Positions 1 to 7,523 of a DNA stretch of 42,680 nucleotides are shown piece after piece; positions within the stretch are counted from its first letter, which is position 1; each line of letters starts with the position of its first letter. The DNA comes from Nitrosopumilus sp. (GTDB lineage: Archaea; Thermoproteota; Nitrososphaeria; Nitrososphaerales; Nitrosopumilaceae), in the NCBI GenBank assembly GCA_013043295.1, contig JABDOO010000016.1, forward strand, positions 1 through 42,680, given 5' to 3'. The position numbers and the translations under genes were made by a program. The notes under the pieces are model-generated. The model saw only the letters and a list, made by a program, of their open reading frames with translations, was not told the DNA's origin and did not search any database.

Positions 1-11
1 GACTTAGGATG

Positions 12-572
12 TTAATCATAAATCATTGATTTTTTTTCTTCTAGTAATGCATGCAAGTTGTTTACAGAACGATATACATCTGGTTCTTGCTTAGCACCTG
101 TACAAACTAACTTCCCTGATGAGAACAACAATATCACAGTTTTAGGATCTAACATTCTGTGAATGAGTCCTGGAAATTGCTCAGGTTCATACATGCTTCT
201 TGGTAGTGTTCTAGCAGCCTGCTCTAGATGGATTTTTCCCCCCAAATTGATGGATGCAACAATATTTTGAATTGTTACTACTGCATCTTTTTTAACTTTA
301 ATTCCACCTTTTCGAAGTTTTTGTACAACTGTTTTGACTGCCTTTCTGGCCATTTCTTCAGATTTTGAACCAGTACATACCATTTTGCCTGAAGTGAAAA
401 TCAATGTAGCCGTCTTTGGAGTTTTAAGTCTGAAAACTAATCCTGGAAATTGATCCGGATGATATTCTACATCTGGAAATGTCTTGGTAATTTCATTCAG
501 ATCCATCTTTTGCATTACATCTGCTGAAGCTACAACATTTTCTACACTTACGATAGGTTTTGTTTGTGGCAT
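12..572 (-). CDS. tbp: TATA-box binding protein
   Basis: Two TBP repeats (YHPDQFPGLVFRL..PKTATLIFTSGKMVCTG; YEPEQFPGLIHRM..PKTVILLFSSGKLVCTG). Start moved to ATG at 572 (MPQTKP) because a TATA-like element lies about 25 nt upstream. Confidence 0.97.
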   Translation of the reverse strand: MPQTKPIVSVENVVASADVMQKMDLNEITKTFPDVEYHPDQFPGLVFRLKTPKTATLIFTSGKMVCTGSKSEEMARKAVKTVVQKLRKGGIKVKKDAVVTIQNIVASINLGGKIHLEQAARTLPRSMYEPEQFPGLIHRMLDPKTVILLFSSGKLVCTGAKQEPDVYRSVNNLHALLEEKKSMIYD

Positions 573-596
573 ATTCGGCTTTTTGTGTATTTGAAC

Positions 597-606
597 TATA
601 ATAAAA
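597..606 (-). promoter_or_regulatory. Putative TATA box of tbp
   Basis: TTTTATTATA on the minus strand about 25 nt upstream of ATG 572, typical spacing for a leaderless archaeal transcript. Confidence 0.5.
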
Positions 607-707
607 GCACTCGCCATTATTTACTCTCAAATACAGATTTTTTGCATATTGTGATGTAATTCTATCTTGAATTTTGGACGAATGCTTTAATTTGGTTCAG
701 AGAAGTC

Positions 708-1838
708 TTGAATCTAGTGAATTTTACGAATTTTGATCTTGATCAGTTGTTCTCAATGAGTGATGATTCAAATCCTCTGATGATGTTGGTATGGATACTT
801 CCGATAATTCTTTTTGTGTTTTATGGGCAACAAATTCAACTCTTTGTTACCTCAAGAGAAATTAAAAAAGGAATTAAAAAATTAGATACATTTAGGACAG
901 AATCTAAAAATGAATTAACTAATTATGTAAAGCATACTCTGAAATCTAAAGACGATCCTACAAAAAAGATTGATCAATTCTTAGATTATTTCACAGTAAT
1001 GCCAGTAGATATGGATCCTAACGGAATAGTAGACAAAGTTCATCATGTTGTAAGATCCCGAGAAGACTATACTAGAGAACATGTCAAATTGCTAGCCCCT
1101 GAAATGTCTGAGATTGAACTAACAAAAGTTCAAACTTTACTTGAAATTGCATCATCATTACAAATGATATACAAAATAATTAATCACATGTTTTTGACTG
1201 CTAAAAAACAAAACAACTACCCTTTGATTTTACCATTACAGATGATTCTTCCTTTTATAATGGAGCAGGCAGAGGCAATGAAAGATGCCATTCCTGCATT
1301 TAAAAGTGGTCAACCTGTTGGTGATGGAATTGGACCAATGATTGTTGGTAAAATGATGTTGAACAATCCAAAAGAAAATGTTTCTTTTCAAACCTCTCTT
1401 TCACAAATCACTTTAGAAGATCGAAAATTATTTCTATTAAAAGCTGAAGGTCCCGGCTCTACTGTTGGTAGACCTGCTGAAGCATTGGACAAGATTGTTT
1501 CAGAAAATACCATTGATGCAATAATTATGATTGATGCTGCATTAAAAATGGAGGGAGAAGATTCAGCAACAGTTGCTCAAGGATTTGGTGCTGCAATTGG
1601 TGGAATTGGCACTGAAAGATTCCAAATTGAAGCAATAGCTACTGGCAAAAAAATCCCTATTTTCTCTATTATTGTTAAACAATCTGTCAAGGAGGCTATT
1701 ACTTTGATGACAAAAGAGATTGCTGATACTGCTGAGGATGTACGAACCCAAGTAAATGAGATGATTCAAACAAACACTAAGCCAGGTCAGTCTGTAGTTG
1801 TAATTGGAGTAGGAAATACTTCGGGGGTTCCACAATGA
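708..1838 (+). CDS. DUF1512-like archaeal membrane-anchored protein
   Basis: 376 aa, N-terminal TM helix, motifs PVDMDPNG, PVGDGIGP, IDAALKMEGE, GVGNT recalled from the archaeal DUF1512 family. Confidence 0.75.
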   Translation: MNLVNFTNFDLDQLFSMSDDSNPLMMLVWILPIILFVFYGQQIQLFVTSREIKKGIKKLDTFRTESKNELTNYVKHTLKSKDDPTKKIDQFLDYFTVMPVDMDPNGIVDKVHHVVRSREDYTREHVKLLAPEMSEIELTKVQTLLEIASSLQMIYKIINHMFLTAKKQNNYPLILPLQMILPFIMEQAEAMKDAIPAFKSGQPVGDGIGPMIVGKMMLNNPKENVSFQTSLSQITLEDRKLFLLKAEGPGSTVGRPAEALDKIVSENTIDAIIMIDAALKMEGEDSATVAQGFGAAIGGIGTERFQIEAIATGKKIPIFSIIVKQSVKEAITLMTKEIADTAEDVRTQVNEMIQTNTKPGQSVVVIGVGNTSGVPQ

Positions 1839-2017
1839 TATTCTCGAAGAAGAAAATCACCACTGCGTATACCTTAGAGCAGTGTACTAAATGTGCCACT
1901 TTGACAAAACGAAAATTTGTTGAAGGTGATGTCTTATTTGCAGAAGGTGCAAAATGTAATTCATGTGAGGGCTTAATCAGGATTGAGAAAATCTTTGGTG
2001 AAACCACAGAGCAGTAA
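1835..2017 (+). CDS. Small zinc-ribbon protein
   Basis: 60 aa with CTKC and CNSC pairs; ATGA overlap with the upstream stop suggests translational coupling. Confidence 0.75.
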   Translation: MIFSKKKITTAYTLEQCTKCATLTKRKFVEGDVLFAEGAKCNSCEGLIRIEKIFGETTEQ

Positions 2018-2024
2018 TTTAAGA

Positions 2025-2138
2025 TTATTTTGTTCTATATTTTACATTACAACTGGGACAATACCATGATGCTCCTTCTCCCTGTTCTTTAAACATAAAT
2101 CCTCCACATTTAGGACATGGCCTTACCTCTTCACTCAA
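2025..2138 (-). CDS. 37-aa zinc-ribbon microprotein (not in ORF track)
   Basis: Manual translation MSEEVRPCPKCGGFMFKEQGEGASWYCPSCNVKYRTK; TTG start preceded by SD-like AAGGGGA, 19 nt after the map stop. Confidence 0.75.
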   Translation of the reverse strand: MSEEVRPCPKCGGFMFKEQGEGASWYCPSCNVKYRTK

Positions 2139-2157
2139 TTTTAAATCCCCTTGGATT

Positions 2158-3054
2158 TCATTCTGCTTTAGTAGTTACTGTAGCTCCATTTTCATTTGGA
2201 ATGAATGTATGTTCAGCCTGAGCCACCCTCTGTTCATTTACTTCAATTAATACTGGATATGCTTGAACTGCTTTTTTCTTTATTAGAAAATCTAATAGTT
2301 CTCTAGCTTTCTTTTCTTCCCATTCTTTAGTAATCCATCTTAATGCAAATGGCAGCATGTTGCAATTTTGCCAAATGAAATCTAGCAATTTGTCTGCTTC
2401 TTCATTCTTTGTTTTCTTGCGTGAGTTTAGAGCAAAAATATTTTTAATTTTTCCATTTCTAACAAATCCTCCTCCCTGTTCAGTTGTAACAAATGGTTCA
2501 CATGCATAGGCCGAACTATCTGAAAGTGAAAATCCGCCAATAGACCAGATGTTTGGAATAGATTTTCCTGCATGTATGGTGTACTGTTCTAATGAATGAC
2601 CACTAAGATTTGCTATTGGCTTGAAACCCATTTTTTTAATTGTAGTTTCAATAGTTCTACCAATATCACTTGCTTTAACTCCTGTTTTAATCATAGACAT
2701 TGCATTACCTAATGCTTCTTCTGCAGCTTGAACTAATCCGTCATATTGAGCATCATAACAGACAGTTACTGCAGTATCTGCAATGTATCCATCAATTTGT
2801 GCACCAAGATCTATTTTTACCAAATCAGTATCTTTTATTGTAATAGGATCATTTGGTTCTGCAGTATAGTGAGCTGCTATTTCATTAATACTTGTATTTA
2901 CAGGGAAAGCACATTTTGCTCCTCTCTTTTTAATTTCACTTTCTACTTCTTCACAAATATCAAAAACTGATTTACCTATCCAGTCTTTGGCTCTTACCAT
3001 TTCTCTAACTTCAGCTGCAATTTTACCTGCTTTGAGATATTGTTCTGTTTGCAC
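2158..3054 (-). CDS. map: Type II methionine aminopeptidase
   Basis: AAHYTA, KIDLGAQIDGYIADTA, NLSGHSL, IHAG, ACEPF, AQAEHT motifs. Start set at GTG 3054 because the longer ORF runs antisense through a tRNA. Confidence 0.95.
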   Translation of the reverse strand: MQTEQYLKAGKIAAEVREMVRAKDWIGKSVFDICEEVESEIKKRGAKCAFPVNTSINEIAAHYTAEPNDPITIKDTDLVKIDLGAQIDGYIADTAVTVCYDAQYDGLVQAAEEALGNAMSMIKTGVKASDIGRTIETTIKKMGFKPIANLSGHSLEQYTIHAGKSIPNIWSIGGFSLSDSSAYACEPFVTTEQGGGFVRNGKIKNIFALNSRKKTKNEEADKLLDFIWQNCNMLPFALRWITKEWEEKKARELLDFLIKKKAVQAYPVLIEVNEQRVAQAEHTFIPNENGATVTTKAE

Positions 3055-3126
3055 GTTTTCGATCCTAATTTTGCCTTTAAAATGATTATCTGTGAAGCTT
3101 AAATTGGGCGATTCTTTGGATTTACT

Positions 3127-3203
3127 GGGATCGTGGTCTAGCTTGGTATGATTCTGCGTTTGGGACGCAGAGGTCGCGAATTCAAATTTCGCCGATCCCA
3201 CCA
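3127..3203 (+). tRNA. tRNA-Pro (anticodon TGG), intronless, CCA present in the genome
   Basis: Acceptor GGGATCG/CGATCCC, anticodon arm CTGCG-TTTGGGA-CGCAG, T arm GCGAA-TTCAAAT-TTCGC, discriminator A then CCA. Confidence 0.95.
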
Positions 3204-3239
3204 TCATTATCTTATTATCAAATAGATTCAATATTTTAT

Positions 3240-3310
3240 TGCCGAGCAATGAAGAAGAGTTAGAGTAATGACTTTGATATGAAGTAACTAATTGAGTCTG
3301 AGCTCCGGCA
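3240..3310 (+). ncRNA. Candidate box C/D methylation-guide sRNA
   Basis: Terminal stem TGCCGAGC/GCTCCGGCA, box C ATGAAGA (3249-3255), 12-nt guide, D' ATGA (3268-3271), C'-like ATGAAGT (3279-3285), 12-nt guide, box D CTGA (3298-3301); TATA-like CTTATTAT about 25 nt upstream. Confidence 0.75.
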
Positions 3311-3334
3311 TATTTTTATGAATATTCAATCCCT

Positions 3335-3589
3335 TTGGCTTTATTGAAATTCGAAAGACGGGATATTGTTTTAGTTGTAGGGCTTTTTCTTTTTATGATT
3401 GGGTTGACTCCATTTACTGGTCTTGCTCTGGCAGCAGTTATTGTGATAATCATGTTTTTTGGAATCAAAGTCTACGTGGAAAAAAGGAGGCAGTCTATTG
3501 CTAAGGATGTTGGCGATGGATTATGTATGGAGTGTGGCTCTGTGGTGGTTGACAAAAAGTGCCCAAATTGTGACTATTCACAAGAATAA
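3335..3589 (+). CDS. Small membrane protein with C-terminal zinc ribbon
   Basis: 84 aa; two hydrophobic helices followed by CMECG...KCPNC. Confidence 0.75.
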   Translation: MALLKFERRDIVLVVGLFLFMIGLTPFTGLALAAVIVIIMFFGIKVYVEKRRQSIAKDVGDGLCMECGSVVVDKKCPNCDYSQE

Positions 3590-3727
3590 CTCCTACGTAT
3601 GCCTTAAAACCAAAAAATTGGCTTTATTATTGATGACTTTAAGATATCTGACTTTAACAATAAGCTCAACTTTTCCTCAATCCCATTCTAAAATGAGTCC
3701 ATTAGGCAATCAAATCAGGAATTAACC

Positions 3728-6700
3728 ATGAATCGATATCTGCCTCTAGTATTTTCTATATTCTTTATTGCTGGTGTTTTAGCACCTGCATATGCACAAA
3801 CATCTGATCATGTTGTAATTAATGAAGTTGATATCAATCCTCCCGGTGATGATTCAACTTCTATTTCTGAATGGGTGGAACTTTACAATCCTACTGATGC
3901 TAATGTGGATATTGGTGGATGGGAGATTGCATCAACTACTGTTCTCAAAAAAACAATGACTATTTCTCCCGGTACTATAATTAAACCAGGTCAATTTTTG
4001 ACTTATTCATATCAGAGTGTTTGGTTTACTGATGCTAATGAATCCGTTGAACTGCGAGATGAAAATAATGTAGTTGTTGATAAGACTCCAGGACTTACTG
4101 ATATACAAAATAGTTTTACTTCTTGGCAGAGATTATACGATGGATTTGATTCTGATAGCTCCAGTGACTGGAAGTTTGTTACTTCAACTGCAGGTTCATC
4201 TAATGGAAAATTAATACAAACACAAGATAAAGATGGTGTCACAGTTACTACTTTAACAGATAAACCATCTTACTTGTTTGGTCAAGTGGCCGTAATTTCT
4301 GGTAGTGTTTCAGAAGAAGTGTATAAAGTAAAACCTTTCTTCCAACCTGAGCAAATTATAATTACAATCACTGGCCCCAACTTCAACAAAATAATCAAAA
4401 TGTACCCAGATCTTAATTTGAAATATAAAACTACACTAAGTTTACATCAAGTTTTAGGAATTAACGAAGGAACTTATGATGTAGTTGTAAACTATGCAGG
4501 TTCATCATCTAGCACAGTTTTTTCTGTAGGGAATGAACTATTCGAACAAGTTATCAAAGAAGACTCTGACATTAGTATTCTAACTGACAAATCACAATAT
4601 CTTCCTGGAGAAAATGTCGCTATCACCGGATTTGCCTCTGAAATTATTGAATTTGAAGGAATGTCATTTACTGTAAGAAATGCAGATGGCGAAATTATTG
4701 CAAATGGAAATCTTTTCCCAACTAAAGGGAAATTCTTAACAACTGTCTATCTTACAACTGTGGCTCCTAATTATGGAACCTATACTATTGATGCTAATTA
4801 TTCTGACAAATCTGTATCTTCTACCTTTGAGGTAGTTGAAGACATCAAAGAAGATGTTCCAATATCTCTCTGGACTGACAAACTTGCATATGGATTAGGC
4901 GATACTGTTTCCATTAGTGGTAGAATTAATGATGTTTGGATAAGCAATTTAGATTTGGAAATTGTACAAACAAAACAATCTTCTCTTACATCTTCTGGTG
5001 GTTCAGGATTTAAAATTCTAGATAGTGTAAAAATTATGGGTGATGGCTCCTTTACATATTCTTTTAAAATTCCAGATAATTCAATTAGATTGGGAGATTA
5101 CAAAATTACTGTATCTAAAGAAATTGGTTCTGCTTCAATTATTGCATATGCTGTAAAAGATCCTGAAACTTTTGTCCCTTCTACTGATCCACTTACGGTT
5201 GAGACTGATATGGGTGTCTATGAATTTAACGACAAAATAGCCATTAGTGGTTTTGTTAAAGATCCATTAGGTAATTCTAGCTATCTTACAGGAAGTGTAG
5301 TGAAGATTTCAATTTTAAATGAAAATGGTGCACCTCTAAAAATTAATGATTTGCAAGAAGCAAAAAGATTAGGTGGTGGTGGTGAGATTAGTTATGATTT
5401 TACTGCAATACCTGAAACTTCTGGAAGATATTCAATTCAAGTTGATGCTACAAAAAATATTTTCACTGAAGGAAATTATGTTGTCAAATCTCAGTACATG
5501 TCACATACTGTAACTTCAACTTTTTCAATTGTCGATTCTCTTAACTTAGAAGATGGCGCAATAATCTCAATCGATAAGGATGTTTATGGCCTTGGTGAGA
5601 CTGTTCATTTAACAGGAATACTTCCTCCTACTGGTGATCACTCTGTATCCATATCTGTTACTAGGCCTGATGGCTCTAGAGCTCAATCCGGCGCAACTGT
5701 TGAAAATCAGCGTTTTTCATGGGATTGGAAAGTTCCATCTTTTGAAAAACCTCCAACTCTAAAAAATGATGATGGAAGAGATGTTAGAACATCCAATTAC
5801 GGTATTTACAAAATCAAAGTCTCAATCCCATCTGAAAGCATAAATGTTTTCTTTAAAGTTTCAAAAGATCCTGAAAATGATTCTTTATCTTTAACTCCTC
5901 TATTCGTATCTACTGAAAAATCTCTATACAAGGCAGGTGAGAAATTAAAAGTTGTTGGTAATGTTATTCAGCGTCAGCAAGGTGAAGAAGGCCTAGTTGT
6001 CAAAGACCGAGTTCAGTTACGAATCATTGATGGTTCTTTCCCATTCAAACTAATTCATGAAGCCAATGTATATCCATCACAGGGTGGAGAATTCTCAAGT
6101 ATCTTTGAATTACCTGCCACTATATTTGATGAAGGCTCATACATTGTGCGCGCAAATTATGGAAATACTCAAACTGAATCAAGCTTTAGCGTTGCAAATG
6201 ACTTTTTGTTTGGCATTCAAGATGATTTAGCATTATTACTCAATTTAGATAAATCAGAATACTATCCAGGTGATACCGTAATAATCACTGGCAAGCCAAA
6301 CAAGCTAATCTATCTAGAAAAATTTGATGTTGGTATAATAAAAAAAGCAGCAACTGAAATTGATTGTGGCTCATTTATTTGTGGAAAAAATACTGGTCCC
6401 ATCAAAACACTTCGTCCTGGTCCCTCTGGTTCATTCACATACGAATATGTAATTCCTGATAAAGTTACTTCTGTTGGAAAATATGAGGTATCAGTTGATG
6501 CTGATTTTGATACTGGTTCGATGCAATTCACTGTTGTAGAAAAACCATATACTCCAAAATTAGATACTGTGATTGAAAAAGAAAATAGAATAGCTGATAA
6601 AACAATTCCAATCTTTACTGAGGAAAAAACAACAGATAATGTAACAATTGCTCCGAGGGTTTTGACTGGATCATTGATTACTCCTACTAGGGGTGATGAA

Positions 6701-6997
6701 TCAAATGTTGATCTTAAAGTGACTACCGTGACTGGAACTTGTATTATTGGACCGGATGCCGAATGCCTAGTAAGAGAATCCACTAGAAAACCTGGCCAAA
6801 TCTATGATGTTGTAGAAGTTGATGGGGTTAGTCTAAATGTAAGATATAGTGGTCCTGATGTTCGTCTAGAGAAATTTAGTATTTTACCTGAATCTTCAAC
6901 TGGCTTTTTGCCTGATGCAAACTGGAATGTTGAGGTTCTAAAGGACGAACAGGTTTCCAGATTCTACTATAAAGTAACTTACAAGACATTAGAGTAA
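3728..6997 (+). CDS. Large secreted protein with lamin-tail domain and repeated MG2/Ig-like domains
   Basis: Signal peptide; LTD motif VVINEV...EWVELYNPT...VDIGGW; seven repeats of (T/I/L)(D/E)xxxYxxxxxxxxxG such as TDKSQYLPGENVAITG. Confidence 0.85.
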   Translation: MNRYLPLVFSIFFIAGVLAPAYAQTSDHVVINEVDINPPGDDSTSISEWVELYNPTDANVDIGGWEIASTTVLKKTMTISPGTIIKPGQFLTYSYQSVWFTDANESVELRDENNVVVDKTPGLTDIQNSFTSWQRLYDGFDSDSSSDWKFVTSTAGSSNGKLIQTQDKDGVTVTTLTDKPSYLFGQVAVISGSVSEEVYKVKPFFQPEQIIITITGPNFNKIIKMYPDLNLKYKTTLSLHQVLGINEGTYDVVVNYAGSSSSTVFSVGNELFEQVIKEDSDISILTDKSQYLPGENVAITGFASEIIEFEGMSFTVRNADGEIIANGNLFPTKGKFLTTVYLTTVAPNYGTYTIDANYSDKSVSSTFEVVEDIKEDVPISLWTDKLAYGLGDTVSISGRINDVWISNLDLEIVQTKQSSLTSSGGSGFKILDSVKIMGDGSFTYSFKIPDNSIRLGDYKITVSKEIGSASIIAYAVKDPETFVPSTDPLTVETDMGVYEFNDKIAISGFVKDPLGNSSYLTGSVVKISILNENGAPLKINDLQEAKRLGGGGEISYDFTAIPETSGRYSIQVDATKNIFTEGNYVVKSQYMSHTVTSTFSIVDSLNLEDGAIISIDKDVYGLGETVHLTGILPPTGDHSVSISVTRPDGSRAQSGATVENQRFSWDWKVPSFEKPPTLKNDDGRDVRTSNYGIYKIKVSIPSESINVFFKVSKDPENDSLSLTPLFVSTEKSLYKAGEKLKVVGNVIQRQQGEEGLVVKDRVQLRIIDGSFPFKLIHEANVYPSQGGEFSSIFELPATIFDEGSYIVRANYGNTQTESSFSVANDFLFGIQDDLALLLNLDKSEYYPGDTVIITGKPNKLIYLEKFDVGIIKKAATEIDCGSFICGKNTGPIKTLRPGPSGSFTYEYVIPDKVTSVGKYEVSVDADFDTGSMQFTVVEKPYTPKLDTVIEKENRIADKTIPIFTEEKTTDNVTIAPRVLTGSLITPTRGDESNVDLKVTTVTGTCIIGPDAECLVRESTRKPGQIYDVVEVDGVSLNVRYSGPDVRLEKFSILPESSTGFLPDANWNVEVLKDEQVSRFYYKVTYKTLE

Positions 6998-7022
6998 ATT
7001 CAAAATACTCTTAGTATAATTC

Positions 7023-7523
7023 TTGATTAAAGTGAAATTACAAGTCTTAATGTTTTATCAAGATGATCCTAAAAAATGCACAGCTGCAAAAATGGTTAAA
7101 TTTGGACTTGCTCAAAATATTAAGAAAATTGGTTCTAAGGGTTTGGTGTTGGATCCTTTCTCAGAAAAAACATTGCTACCTAAAGACAAATCTGTGATTC
7201 ATTCAATAATTGGTATTGATTGTTCTTGGAATCTAGCAGATCAGGCGTTTTCTAAAAATTTTGGAGGAATCAAAAGAAAACTACCACCACTACTTGCTGG
7301 AAATCCTGTTAACTATTCAAAACTAAATAAATTAACTACTGTTGAAGCATTATCTGCATCGCTGTTTATTTTAGGTTTTAAAGAACAATCGATGCAACTA
7401 CTTGACAAATTCAAATGGGGACATACTTTTTATGAATTAAATCAAAATCTTTTAGAGGAATACTCGAAACTTGAAAATGAATCCCAAATAGATTTAATTC
7501 TAAAAGATTATGGTCTGGCTTAA
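7023..7523 (+). CDS. tsr3: 16S rRNA aminocarboxypropyltransferase Tsr3 (DUF367)
   Basis: QDDPKKCTA, IDCSW, RKLPPLLAGNPVNY, LTTVEAL, FKWGHTFYELN motifs. Confidence 0.93.
   Translation: MIKVKLQVLMFYQDDPKKCTAAKMVKFGLAQNIKKIGSKGLVLDPFSEKTLLPKDKSVIHSIIGIDCSWNLADQAFSKNFGGIKRKLPPLLAGNPVNYSKLNKLTTVEALSASLFILGFKEQSMQLLDKFKWGHTFYELNQNLLEEYSKLENESQIDLILKDYGLA

Noticed and set aside
3055-3249. 65-aa N-terminal extension of Map
   Set aside because: Runs antisense through tRNA-Pro; the conserved protein begins at GTG 3054.
3631-3651. TGATGA...CTGA possible second C/D or K-turn element
   Set aside because: Only one C/D pair with 11-nt spacing and a weak AT-rich flanking stem; the spacer also looks like a TATA box.
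3459-3725. 88-aa alternate-frame ORF
   Set aside because: Overlaps the better supported Zn-ribbon membrane gene and has no motif.
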